DNA of 64,000 bases from contig CALSSJ010000011.1 in NCBI GenBank assembly GCA_943788985.1, positions 1 through 64,000 of the forward strand, written 5' to 3'. A model generated the notes under the pieces. It worked only from the letters and a program-made list of their open reading frames with translations. It ran no database searches and had not been told where the DNA came from. The position numbers and the translations under genes are program-made. The stretch comes from an uncultured Lentisphaerales bacterium (GTDB taxonomy: Bacteria; Verrucomicrobiota; Lentisphaeria; JABSQK01; UBA12247). Positions 44,401-53,816 of the stretch are shown here, piece after piece. Position 1 is the first letter of the stretch, and each line of letters begins with the position of its first letter.

Positions 44401-47167
44401 TCAGCTCAAGGGCCAGGCGATGCACCTGCCGCTGTGTTACTTTCCCATGCGTACCGACAACTCCGGCGGCGGCCAGGTGTGGGTGCCGCCCACTGTTGAC
44501 TGGGGGCTGAAGGCGGGTGAACTCATCCACCTCTCCTACGGCAAGAGCTCCCTGTATCGCGTCCTGCGGCAGGAAGTCGACGGCCTCATGCAGGGAGGCG
44601 TCGTGCGCATTCCGGTAACGCTCAACTCCTCGGCCATGCGCGCTCGCTTCCATCAGGATGGCTCCCTCTACGTACTCGGATTTCGCGGCTGGCAGACCAA
44701 CGCCGCCAAAACTCAGGGCCTGCAGCGCATTCGCTATACCGGACAGCCGGTGACCATCCCCAATCGGCTTGAGGCCACCGAGAAAGGCATCTACATTGGC
44801 TTCGAAAAGCAGCTTGATCCGGCCACGGTTGCCGATCCGTTTAATTTTAAGGTTGAGCGTTGGAAGTACATCCGCTGCGGGCAATATGGCTCCGGCGAGT
44901 TTTCCATCGACAATCGAGACCTTGAAGCGGAAAAGCAAGCACTGGTCCGGCCCAGTAAAGGTCACCGCAAGCACGACCAGGTGCGGGTCGCCAGGAGTGT
45001 ACTTTTGCCGGATGGAAAGACCCTCTTTCTGGTCATCCCAAGCATGAAGCCAGCCGAACAGATGAGCATTCGCTACACCTTGACGTTTGCGGATGCCACC
45101 AAGGCCCACGGCGAAATCATCCATACCGTGCATCGGCTCGGAAAGCACCTCGACGATGCAATTGCCCAGGTCGCTGAAACCACCGAGGCCACGCGCGAGG
45201 ACCTCAAACCCGGGCTGCACCAAACCCTCACCGTCGCCGAGAAATCAGACCACCGCGTGGCTCGGCTTCCTGCCCAATACACCGCCGCCACAGACGCCGT
45301 CAGCGACATGCTACCAGCTGGCCCGTTTAGCGCCACTTGGTCAGGCTACCTCGTCCTTGAGGAACGGATGTCCCCACGTTTCACGCTAGAAGGTACCGGT
45401 GCAGCTGCCCTGATCATCAACGGTGCCACAATTCTTGAGGAAACAGGTACGCTGGGGCGTACCACGTCCGCGCCGTTGCACCTCGACCCGGGCGCCCACT
45501 CCTTCCAACTCTCCTACACCGGGGCGAGCGACGGCTCAGGCCATGTTCGAGTCCTCTGGCAGACTGAGACATTCTTTTGCCAAAGTATCCCAGCAGGCTA
45601 TTTCAAGCACGAACCGAACCCGGCTTTGTCAGAAGCGCTGACCGTTCGGCGTGGGCGCGATCTGCTGGTCCAGCAAAGCTGCCTGAGCTGTCATAGCCCC
45701 GGTCCAGATCTTGGCTTGCCTGAGTTGGCTGACAAAGGACCCGACCTGAGCGGCATCGGCTCGCGCGTCAGTCAACAATGGCTCGGCCGCTGGCTCGCCT
45801 CGCCCCACAGTCTCAAGCCTGGCACCACCATGCCAGCCACCATAGACGGCAAGACCCAACAAGGCCGCACGGATGCCGCCGATATCGCGGCCTACTTGGT
45901 CACGCTCAAAGGCCCGCCAGCCCCTTCCGTAACAGAGCAGGCTGACGACGCCAAGCATGGCGGTGCCCGCTTTCACGCCCTTGGCTGCATTGCCTGCCAT
46001 AGCCTGCCAGACCAGCCTTATGATGCGACGACCGAGCGCACACCGCTCAACAATGTTCACAGCAAGTACAATCTGGCCTCGCTCAGCGCGTTTCTAAAAA
46101 AGCCAGACCGGCACCATCCCTCAATCAAAATGCCCGACTTTCGGCTTACTGATGACGAAGCCCGCCAGCTTGCCGTGTTTCTGCGAACTGCTGCCAAAGG
46201 CAAGGCGCTCCGCTTGCACGACGATGTTCCAGTGGCCGGAGATGCCACTCGTGGTAAACAGCTCATCGCTGCCAAAAACTGTGCCGCTTGCCACAGCGGC
46301 CTCCCGGCTGCCAGTAGAAAGCCGCGAAACTTTACGGGCATCCTTCGCCGTAACTGGGACGAGCGTGGCTGCGTTGCGGCCCGAGAAGCGGGCGTAACCC
46401 CACAACTTAACCTGACACAAGTGGAGCGCGCGGACCTCGAGGCCTTCCGCCGCACCTTCGCCGCAAACGCCCCCCAGGCCCTCTCCAGTACGTCCAGCCA
46501 CGACTTCGCCCAGCGTCAGGTGCAGGCCCTGAACTGCGCTGCCTGCCATGAGCATGATGATGTGCCCTCACGCCTTGCCTCCCTGCACAGCCAAAGCCAA
46601 TCACTCAGCGATGGCGTTCCAGCAGACCCTGCGCATGCGGTCGATCAATCTCGTCCTGCACTCACCTACACGGGCGAAATGCTACACAGCGACTACCTGC
46701 AAGGCATGCTGGAGGGCAGCACAGAGCCTCGCCCACGGCCTTGGCTGGCCATGCGCATGCCAACATTCCACGGCCGGGCCAAACTTCTCGCGCAGGGGTT
46801 GGGCGTCCAACATGGCATGCCGCCCAGCTCCGTGGAGACGACCGAGCTCGATGCAGAACAGGTTTCCATTGGCAAAAAGCTCACCGGCGCTACCGGCGGC
46901 TTTGCCTGCACGATCTGCCATGGGGATGGAGACACAGCACCGCTTGCAGCCTTCGAGGTAAAGGGCATCAACTTTGACCAAGTGGCCGTGCGGCTTCGTC
47001 CGGGCTACTACCACCAGTGGATGGAAAACCCACACAGCATCACCCCCACTACGAAGATGCCTCGCTACACCCAGAACAACAAATCTCCACTGCCGGACTT
47101 TGACCACGATGCTCGCAAGCAATTCGATGCCATGCTCGAGTATCTCAAAAGCATCAGTAAAGACTGA
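41489..47167 (+). CDS. Secreted multidomain protein: DUF1080 + DUF6797-like + beta-propeller + PA14-like + five c-type heme motifs
   Basis: NSGIFIRF, GYECQV, WNHYQI, GYIGLQNHD (DUF1080); FDTETLR, WQRFATGLYEPLGL, TGLRAPGG; CLSCH, CIACH, CAACH, CAACH, CTICH. Start trimmed to MQPSTF. Confidence 0.8.
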   Translation: MQPSTFQFSAHVTRLAFLALCLSLFMSGSGLANESVELFPAGQAKWQQAGPGSFSIENGIATSQGGMGLWWYAGKAYANATFDIEFQLPNHKWNSGIFIRFPDPGNDPWVAVRKGYECQVNGDKPSKSATGGIFSIQAPSHMSLKKPGDWNHYQITTWQNKILIVINDELVNVFTTQPGRGDQQGYIGLQNHDPKSQVQYRQIAVREWAQDATLDEVQASLGITRADWANYQAQRNPRAKWYQKMDIGPAFASVFEDHYHGEPRLAALKGLCLELSASDSIRGLFDTETLRMSSAFQGGLHWSGTPWTGAHGGIIRMANDTAPIMQTSRKPGWADKNGSFADPRPIKEYGNLAEDHARFNGHYRHGSRVILDYSVLGSRVLELPTGKVAAGAPAVFRQLDLAACEYDRLLLVADDTQSEVTLDGAGTLATISQPEHEMAAVLPQEVAGEVSVVTDHTTGDWDELTMGAPSDRDAGDRNVNKKTTFRVVPGYLPTHVRGGAEGGVAVRLNDGLAARNKDDVPRSFFFADQAKPGRLELNLDGIQELRRIHLYSHHKSNRAPQSVEIYGAVALTADATLAMKELPNGGWTHIAGYSTSHFDDGGKHGAAILAPAGEAFGAYRKLLFICVPGRKKSNMQTFFSEIDLYGKDAPALKPVGGSRDGGLSYMAHLKSEGLRFSAGEDGALLLRIPASKKPTRLTIGYAASQQQPADLGSAIAALKAATPAPRELASLTHGTGPALFPETVEATIERGTDQDTWAVDTIGLPVNNPWFSMIKPGGLDLFTDGDSAAICTWNGDVWIVKGLKSGDGTVHWQRFATGLYEPLGLRIVDDIVYVNCRDQITRLHDQNQDGEADRYECFNNDVYITANFHEFTFGLQTDQDGNFYLAKGAPVRAGGRGFERILPHNGTLLRIAKDGKKLDVIATGLRAPGGIGVGPNGEITTGENEGTWQPCCKLNYFTQPDTFLGVEDAAHQLKGQAMHLPLCYFPMRTDNSGGGQVWVPPTVDWGLKAGELIHLSYGKSSLYRVLRQEVDGLMQGGVVRIPVTLNSSAMRARFHQDGSLYVLGFRGWQTNAAKTQGLQRIRYTGQPVTIPNRLEATEKGIYIGFEKQLDPATVADPFNFKVERWKYIRCGQYGSGEFSIDNRDLEAEKQALVRPSKGHRKHDQVRVARSVLLPDGKTLFLVIPSMKPAEQMSIRYTLTFADATKAHGEIIHTVHRLGKHLDDAIAQVAETTEATREDLKPGLHQTLTVAEKSDHRVARLPAQYTAATDAVSDMLPAGPFSATWSGYLVLEERMSPRFTLEGTGAAALIINGATILEETGTLGRTTSAPLHLDPGAHSFQLSYTGASDGSGHVRVLWQTETFFCQSIPAGYFKHEPNPALSEALTVRRGRDLLVQQSCLSCHSPGPDLGLPELADKGPDLSGIGSRVSQQWLGRWLASPHSLKPGTTMPATIDGKTQQGRTDAADIAAYLVTLKGPPAPSVTEQADDAKHGGARFHALGCIACHSLPDQPYDATTERTPLNNVHSKYNLASLSAFLKKPDRHHPSIKMPDFRLTDDEARQLAVFLRTAAKGKALRLHDDVPVAGDATRGKQLIAAKNCAACHSGLPAASRKPRNFTGILRRNWDERGCVAAREAGVTPQLNLTQVERADLEAFRRTFAANAPQALSSTSSHDFAQRQVQALNCAACHEHDDVPSRLASLHSQSQSLSDGVPADPAHAVDQSRPALTYTGEMLHSDYLQGMLEGSTEPRPRPWLAMRMPTFHGRAKLLAQGLGVQHGMPPSSVETTELDAEQVSIGKKLTGATGGFACTICHGDGDTAPLAAFEVKGINFDQVAVRLRPGYYHQWMENPHSITPTTKMPRYTQNNKSPLPDFDHDARKQFDAMLEYLKSISKD

Positions 47168-47316
47168 TCAGTCCGCTGAGTCGTTCCTACTACTTGACTA
47201 CGCCCGCCGCCAGCCACGACTTCCAGGGCTGTACGATCCGGCAAGGCTCTTGATAGGGGCGCGCTCGCTTTCGGACTGATCGGTCTTGATCAGACTGATC
47301 CGAACGACTATCGGAC
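47160..47316. repeat. Inverted repeat with TGATC-containing short tandem units between convergent genes
   Basis: AAGACTGATCAGTCCG pairs with CGGACTGATCGGTCTT (47272) with 1 mismatch; further TGATCAGAC/TGATCCGAAC units follow. Confidence 0.65.
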
Positions 47317-47369
47317 GATTTTGTCTTCCCAGCTCCCAGCAAGATCTGCTGGCTTGGCCCCTACGGGCC

Positions 47370-50300
47370 CTACTCCGGGCTCAAGGTATGGATGGTGTTG
47401 TGAATGATGCGGTCTTCGCCATTGGCGAAGGCGCAGCGGACTTCCATGCCCCAGGTGGGGCGCAGGTCGGGGATCGAGAGCCGGAGGGTACGGTCGTCGC
47501 TGGAGATAGCGGTAACGGATAGCTGCTGCTCATTCAGGTGCTTGGAGCCGTAGTTCTTGGTGCGCGCGAGGTCCCAGGTGGTCACCGTCACTGCGTCCAC
47601 CGGAGGAAGCGGGTCGCTGAAGGTGACCGTTAGGGCTCCGGCGCGTGCTTCGAGTTGGACAGGCAGATAGGAGGGCGTAGCAGTAGGGCGCAGGCGATAA
47701 AAGCCGCCGTCGGCGTGCTGGCTCCCGGCCCAGGCAAACATTCCGGCGACGTAGAGGTCGTGCGATTTGGGGTGAAAGCGTCCGCGGTGGATACCGGTGG
47801 GAAAGCGTTCGACAGGAAAGGCACACATCCCTCCCTGAGCTTGGCCGTCGATGATCTCGTGCGGCACGGTATAGATCATGCCATAGCCATAGCTGAGGTT
47901 TAGCAGCGTGCCGCGCAATGTGCCCCAGTTGTCGGCTTCCTCGGGCACCCAGAGCAACTCGGCCGGGGAACGGTCGAAACGGTTTGTGATCCAGCATAGC
48001 GGCTGCTCCATGGCGCTATTGGCTTCATCGATGACGTCGTGGTAGCCATACATGTTGCCGTAGAAGCCACCCTCGCGGACGTAGTTGATCCGGTTCTTCG
48101 GATTCCAGTGGCCCTCTTGGTCGGTGACGATCCAGGTCCCATCCGGGTTGAGGCAGACGCCGTTGGCGGCGCGGAAGCCGGTGGCCACGATGTCGGTGCG
48201 CTGGCCGTCCGGGCTGACACGCAAGAGCGTGCCGTGGTGTGGCACGACGGCCACCTTGGCGTGGCGGGCGGACTTGGCGTAGTAGAAGTTGCCGGCGTCG
48301 TCTACCTGTAAGCCCATGGCAAACTCGTGGAAGTGCTCGGTGACCTGATGGTCGCTATTGAAGGCCTCGATGAAGTCGATCTCGTCGTCGCCATTGTAGT
48401 CGTGCAACTTGGCGATCTGGTCGCGGCAGGCGACGTAGATGCTGCCGTCGACGATTTTTAGGCCGAGGGGCTGAAACATGCCTGAGCAGATGCGCCGCCA
48501 GGTGAGTTGGCTGAGGTCGCCGGCAATGCCATCGACCAGCCAGACATCGCCAGACCAGGTGCAGACGGCGGCTCGATCCGGGTTGTCGGCAAAGAAGTCG
48601 AAGCCGCCGAGGCGCATCCACGACTTCCAGGGATTGGTGGCGGTGTCGGGGAGTGTGATGGTGTCGATGGCGAACGGCCCGTCGGCACTGCCAGGTTTGC
48701 CTTGCGTCTTCACGACCTGCTGGCCGAAACGCGCCGGGCCGCCGCGGGTTAGCGGGGCCAAATCGACGGCGGCAGGTGTGATCGCTTCCAGCGCGCCTTG
48801 CTCTAGGTCGGCGAATGCCAACGTGAGCTTGGCCGGCGTCGCAGCGGCGGGAATGATGAGGTGGATGTCGTCGCCATCCCGCGAGAGTGTCACGCCCGCA
48901 GGTCCGTTAAGGGCTACCGCGTGCGTGGCGTTGCTGGGGGCGAGGCGAGTGACCAGGTCGTGGCTGGACGCGCCAATGTTGAGCGTACGCGCAAAGATGG
49001 TGACCTCGCCCTGTTCGAGCATACCGGGGCGTTCGAGTATATCGGCATCGCCGACGCTATACTGCAGCAGAACTTGGTCGCCGTGGACATGCATGCCGCG
49101 ATAGCGCACCCAGTCGTGTGGCAGCGGGCCGTAGCGCCTGCCGTCGCGGCCGACGAGGCGCTTGTCCTCCCAAGTGCCGTCCTTGGGGTAGTGCCAGGCA
49201 GGCAGGTCGGGCGTGGTGAATAGCGGGCTGCCAGCGATGCTGGTGTGGGTGCCATGGGAACCGTCGAAGGCGATGCTGCGCCAATCGACGAACGTGCCAG
49301 TGTAGGCAACGGCAACGCGCATGGTGTCGGCCTCGTAGACCAGCCAGGCGCGGCCCTTTGAGACGCCGCCGGCTTCCTTATCGAGCCGCACTGCAATGCC
49401 TTTGTTGGCGATATTGCGGTCTTGCTGCGAACTGCCGGGGTTAACCTGGTAGGTCCCCATCAGGGCGGGGCCGAAGTCCATGTCGAGATAGGGCTTGGGT
49501 CTGGCGGCCTTGCGGCGCTTCTTCGCCCCTGCGAGCTTGCGTGGCGTTCGCATGGGCTGCGGTAGGCTGGCGAGGTAGTCGGCCGGCACCGGCGGGAATT
49601 GCTCGGGGTTCTGCGTCTTGAGGAAGCTCTCCCGGATGTACTGAATGACCGCGTACTTCTCGGCGGCGGAGTACTGCGGCTGGGGGACCATCATGCCGTA
49701 GCCCCGGGTGAGGGTCTGGTACATGCGGAACGGGTCGACACCGTTCTTGAGCGAATCTTGGTGAAACTTGGTGGCGGTGGGCAGACTGCCTTCTTGTTCA
49801 ACTGTGCCGTGGCAGGTCACGCAAAGGCTCTGGTAGATCTGCTTACCCTGGGCGAGGGTCTTGTGATTCCAACCAGCAATGAGTGTGGCGTGGGAGATCT
49901 TGTCCAGTGGCTGTACCCAGGCGTCCTGGAGGGTGAGGTCGGCGCCTGCCACCAGCTTGAGCTGGGTCGGATAGCCAGGCTGGCCTAGGCCCTTAAAGGT
50001 CTCAGTCAGCTCGGGGGATGCCCAATCCAGCGTGGGCGCTGCATTGGCTGGGATGCTGCCGGTACGCAGGCTCGCAAAGTCCGGGCCAGCGATCGCGCGG
50101 GGCCAGTACGCCAGGTGGCTGACGGCACCGTTGGTGAGTTCTGTGGCGAAGTTGGACGCTGCGTGACCGATCTTGAAGACATGGCCCTTGATGTCGGGCG
50201 CGGTGAAGCGGTCTCTGTGCATCATCAACTTGCCGTCGAGATATACCTCCGCGCGACCTGCCTTGAGCCGAAGCACCACGGTATGTGGCTTGTCATCGTT

Positions 50301-50858
50301 GACGGTGGGGCCGCCCGTCACGTGCCCGACCCAGCCGATATCATAGACCAACTTCCCGTCGCGGATGAACAGCGCCTTCGCCTTGGGAACCCACTTTCCG
50401 TTTGGTAGGCACTTGGAGAAGATTGTCCCGTTTCCCGTGGTCTGAAAGGTCGCAGAGACCGTGTAATCGCGGTCGCAGCGCAAGGCGCCATCGGCAGAGA
50501 CATAAGTCGACGCCCCTGCTGAACCAGGAATCGGGTGTGCTTCATAGATCGGTTCGCCGTCCAGCCGGGTGCTGACGTAGGCGGCTTGTCCGGCTATGTG
50601 CTCATAGGTCAGGTCAAGCGTGCCGGCTCCGGCAGGAAGATCGATCACAAAGTCCTCGCGCAGTTGCAACTTTGCCGCCGAGGTCGCGGTGTACGCGAGG
50701 CGCAACCGGAAGTTTGCCAATGGCCGCGACGTATGGCCGTCTTGGAAGACTGGCGTGCGCGTTTGTGCGGCGGTCTTGGAGGTCACCGGGATTGTTTGCG
50801 CACCTGCCATTATGGCACTGAGCACAAGCGGCAGTGCGTAAGAAAGGAGTCGTTTCAT
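47370..50858 (-). CDS. Secreted LamG + cytochrome c + DUF6797-like + beta-propeller protein
   Basis: CVTCH...GYGMM.PQ, MDFGP, KGIAVRLD...GG, WRRICSGMFQPLGLKI, HFHEFAMGLQ, TGFRAANG. Start trimmed to MKRLLSY. Confidence 0.82.
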   Translation of the reverse strand: MKRLLSYALPLVLSAIMAGAQTIPVTSKTAAQTRTPVFQDGHTSRPLANFRLRLAYTATSAAKLQLREDFVIDLPAGAGTLDLTYEHIAGQAAYVSTRLDGEPIYEAHPIPGSAGASTYVSADGALRCDRDYTVSATFQTTGNGTIFSKCLPNGKWVPKAKALFIRDGKLVYDIGWVGHVTGGPTVNDDKPHTVVLRLKAGRAEVYLDGKLMMHRDRFTAPDIKGHVFKIGHAASNFATELTNGAVSHLAYWPRAIAGPDFASLRTGSIPANAAPTLDWASPELTETFKGLGQPGYPTQLKLVAGADLTLQDAWVQPLDKISHATLIAGWNHKTLAQGKQIYQSLCVTCHGTVEQEGSLPTATKFHQDSLKNGVDPFRMYQTLTRGYGMMVPQPQYSAAEKYAVIQYIRESFLKTQNPEQFPPVPADYLASLPQPMRTPRKLAGAKKRRKAARPKPYLDMDFGPALMGTYQVNPGSSQQDRNIANKGIAVRLDKEAGGVSKGRAWLVYEADTMRVAVAYTGTFVDWRSIAFDGSHGTHTSIAGSPLFTTPDLPAWHYPKDGTWEDKRLVGRDGRRYGPLPHDWVRYRGMHVHGDQVLLQYSVGDADILERPGMLEQGEVTIFARTLNIGASSHDLVTRLAPSNATHAVALNGPAGVTLSRDGDDIHLIIPAAATPAKLTLAFADLEQGALEAITPAAVDLAPLTRGGPARFGQQVVKTQGKPGSADGPFAIDTITLPDTATNPWKSWMRLGGFDFFADNPDRAAVCTWSGDVWLVDGIAGDLSQLTWRRICSGMFQPLGLKIVDGSIYVACRDQIAKLHDYNGDDEIDFIEAFNSDHQVTEHFHEFAMGLQVDDAGNFYYAKSARHAKVAVVPHHGTLLRVSPDGQRTDIVATGFRAANGVCLNPDGTWIVTDQEGHWNPKNRINYVREGGFYGNMYGYHDVIDEANSAMEQPLCWITNRFDRSPAELLWVPEEADNWGTLRGTLLNLSYGYGMIYTVPHEIIDGQAQGGMCAFPVERFPTGIHRGRFHPKSHDLYVAGMFAWAGSQHADGGFYRLRPTATPSYLPVQLEARAGALTVTFSDPLPPVDAVTVTTWDLARTKNYGSKHLNEQQLSVTAISSDDRTLRLSIPDLRPTWGMEVRCAFANGEDRIIHNTIHTLSPE

Positions 50859-51003
50859 TGTCACAGGTCGGTAGTCTCGTGTGTGCGGGCTATGTCTGTT
50901 GATTTGGTCACCAAATCTCGCCGAAAGTACGACGGGTCTCCGTGCTCGCCCCCACCGGGGGAAGACGCGCACGGAGACGCGTCGTAGCGTCGCGGTAGCA
51001 GTT

Positions 51004-51750
51004 TTAAACCTTCGCAAAGCGTTGCCGGTAGCGGCTGGGGGTGATTTTAAGCTCGGAGCGGAACGAGTGCGTCATACTGGTCTGGTCGAAGAAGCCGGAG
51101 TCCCTGGCGATCTCGGCCAGAGAACGATCGCTCTCGCGGATCAACTGGCAGGCCGCGTTGAGCCGGATCTTGCGGACGTACTGGCCGGGCGTGATGCCAA
51201 ATAGTTTTCGAAAGAGGCGCTCAAGCGTACTGATTGAGATCTTGGCAACTTTGGCCATATCGGCCTTGGTGATGCCGTCTTGGTAGTGAGCCTGCACGTA
51301 TTCGACGATCGAGTGCATGCCGGGATGGCTCCGGTAGACGGTATCGGAGTCGTTGATTTCGCGGGTCATCCCCACTAGGCCAATGATCTGGCCGTCGTGA
51401 TCATAGAGGGGAATCTTGGTGGTGCAGCGCCATTGTAGCGTGTCTGGGGTGGGCACCAGTTCCACGCGGTCGAGAATGCGCTCTCCCTTTTCGAGGACGG
51501 CTTGGTCATCGGCATGAAAGGATTCCGCGAGGAAGTCCGCCGTAAAGGCCATATCGGTCTTGCCAATCAGATCGTCCAGAGACGCGGCACCAATGAGGCG
51601 TAGAAGTGCCGGGTTTCCGGTGACGAAGCGGTACTCATGATCCTTAATGAAAAAGGCAACATCCGGCACTCGGTTCAGTAGCAGGTCCAAGAACTGCTCG
51701 GAACGAAGTCGGCTCTTTAGCTCTTCGTATGCGGACGGATTCACGCTCAC
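51004..51750 (-). CDS. AraC family regulator with PAS domain
   Basis: FFIKD...RFV..N, IGKTD, TKIPLYD..G.IIGLVG; LERLFRK.FGITP, GFFDQ. Confidence 0.9.
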   Translation of the reverse strand: MSVNPSAYEELKSRLRSEQFLDLLLNRVPDVAFFIKDHEYRFVTGNPALLRLIGAASLDDLIGKTDMAFTADFLAESFHADDQAVLEKGERILDRVELVPTPDTLQWRCTTKIPLYDHDGQIIGLVGMTREINDSDTVYRSHPGMHSIVEYVQAHYQDGITKADMAKVAKISISTLERLFRKLFGITPGQYVRKIRLNAACQLIRESDRSLAEIARDSGFFDQTSMTHSFRSELKITPSRYRQRFAKV

Positions 51751-51831
51751 TTGTCTTCCTGTGGGTCTGACGGTCTACCACAAACAGTAAGCCAAAAAAT
51801 GGAGCAGGATAGCATATTCTAGAGAAATTAT

Positions 51832-51936
51832 TGACGTCTTGGAACAATTGAGTATTGCTGTCACATACTTTTTTGTCATCGTAAGGCTTCGAACACATCG
51901 CCGATGAACGCATTCATCAATGACGCTCGGGAACAA
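51832..51936. promoter_or_regulatory. Candidate tandem operator TGACG-N4-GGAACAA
   Basis: TGACGTCTTGGAACAA at 51832 and TGACGCTCGGGAACAA at 51921, in the divergent intergenic region. Confidence 0.45.
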
Positions 51937-52007
51937 GGTGGTACGAAATCCACCACGCCAAGATTGAAGAGCAGTCGCTGCCAGGTGCGGGGTCGTCGAT
52001 GAAAGAG

Positions 52008-52135
52008 AATGCCCAATAACAAACAGGGAATTTCCAATGTCCAAGAAAAACGTGGTGGCAATTCCATTGAATTGCCGGGGTCGGCAACTCTCGTTCCGTT
52101 GGTGATAGGAAATTCTATGTTGGGTTTTGGGTATT
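52008..52135. repeat. Degenerate inverted repeat of about 38 bp built from CCAAT/TTGG-type short units
   Basis: AATGCCCAATAACAAACAGGGAATTTCCAATGTCCAAG versus GTTGGTGATAGGAAATTCTATGTTGGGTTTTGGGTATT, about 28/38 complementary by eye; inner hairpin GGCAATT...AATTGCC. Confidence 0.6.
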
Positions 52136-52165
52136 GATTATTATTTCCACAACAAAGGAGCCCTT

Positions 52166-52978
52166 ATGAAATTCGGCGCAGAAGCCTACACATGGTTCAT
52201 GAAGGAAAGCGGGGCGGCTCATGCAAACCGCCTTGACCACATGATCCAAATCTCCGCAAAGGCGGGATTCACCGGGATCGAACCCATTTATTCCTGGATG
52301 GGCGATCTCTCCTCGGCTGATTGCTTGGCCGATTCCCTGCAGGCGGCTGGCATCGAGCTTGCAGCCATTGCTTTCGGGCAATCCTGGAATGCACTGGAAG
52401 AGACCGAAGAGGAGCGCCGGGAAGCAGACGGCGCCATCGCACTGTGTGCCCGGTTTCCGGGGACCTTGCTGTGCACCGTGCAGCTACCGGAAGGCCGCCA
52501 CGACCTTGAACAGCGTCGCTTGAACCTGGTCGCCAATATCAATGCTGTGTCTCGCCGAGTCGCCGAAGCCGGCGTCCCCGCCAGCTTTCACCCGAACTCC
52601 CCCAAGACGTCCACCAACCGGACCTAAGAGGACTATCGCGTGATTCTCGACGCGCTCGACCATGAAGCCACCGGTTGGACACCGGATGTCGGCCACATCA
52701 TCAACGGCGGCATGGATCCACTTGCCAAAATGATCGAATATGCGGAGCTGATCAATCTAGTGCACTACAAGGACTGGGGCGGCGACCCGGAATTTGCCTT
52801 GATGGGCGAGGGGAAGGTCGACCTCGTTCGCATTACGCAGTGGCTCCAGGACCGGGACTACGACGGCTGGACTATCTGCGAAGACGAAGCACCCCAGGCC
52901 GTAGACGATCCCGATGGCGTAACGCTCCATGACGGCAAATGGATCCATGACGTGCTACTCCCTTCGATTAAAAGGTAA
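52166..52978 (+). pseudogene. Sugar phosphate isomerase/epimerase (xylose-isomerase-like TIM barrel) with an in-frame TAA
   Basis: RBS AAGGAG; AGFTGIEP, SFHPNS, T*EDY at 52625, WTPDVGH, VHYKD, MGEG.VD, YDGW.ICEDE. Confidence 0.8.
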
Positions 52979-52984
52979 GCAACC

Positions 52985-53800
52985 ATGCCAATCTATAGGC
53001 ACAACGATTTCTCCATGCACTACAAAGTGCATGGAGAAGAACACGCTGGTGTGCCAGTCCTGCTCGTTATGGGAATTACCGCGCCGGGTTCGGTGTGGGA
53101 AGCCCACGTGGACGTCTGGTCTCAGCATCACCGCTGCATCACCGCCGATAACCGTGGGGTCGGGCTGAGCGACAAGCCGTCCGGGGACTCCACCTCCGCC
53201 ATGATGGCTGACGACTATGCCCAGCTCCTGGCTGGTCTTGGCATCGAAACTGCCCAGGTCGTTGGTTGCTCGATGGGCAGCATTATTGGCCAGCAGTTGG
53301 CATTGCGGCAGCCGCAAGCCGTCAAGAGTCTGGTGCTGATGTGTTCCTGGGCCAGATGCGACGCCTACGCCCGGTCGGTGTTTGCGCACATGGTTCAGGC
53401 AAAGGCGCATCTGACCCCAGCAGCATTCATGGAGTGGATTCAGCTGCTTATCTTCCACAAGCGCAGCTGGGACGACGCGGAGGTCTATGCCTCGCTACTG
53501 GAAGGGCGTGAAACCGCTGCCACCGACCCAAACCCGCAGCCTCTGCACGGTCTCATTGGACAGGCAGCTGCTTGTGCAAACCACGATACCTTGGCACAGC
53601 TCAAAGACATCACCGCACCGGCTCTAGTGATCGGCGGCGCAGGCGACCTCTTCACCCCACGTTGGATGGCCGAGGAAATTCATGCGGCCCTGCCGAACAG
53701 CGCCCTCCACCTCTACCCAGCATCCGGCCATGCCTTCCACTGGGAGAACCTGGACAGCTTCAATCAGCGGGTGCTGGACTTCATTCAGGACAAAAAATAG
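52985..53800 (+). CDS. Alpha/beta fold hydrolase
   Basis: DNRGVGLS, nucleophile motif GCSMG, GHAFHWE. Confidence 0.9.
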   Translation: MPIYRHNDFSMHYKVHGEEHAGVPVLLVMGITAPGSVWEAHVDVWSQHHRCITADNRGVGLSDKPSGDSTSAMMADDYAQLLAGLGIETAQVVGCSMGSIIGQQLALRQPQAVKSLVLMCSWARCDAYARSVFAHMVQAKAHLTPAAFMEWIQLLIFHKRSWDDAEVYASLLEGRETAATDPNPQPLHGLIGQAAACANHDTLAQLKDITAPALVIGGAGDLFTPRWMAEEIHAALPNSALHLYPASGHAFHWENLDSFNQRVLDFIQDKK

Positions 53801-53816
53801 ACGTGAGGACCAAGGC

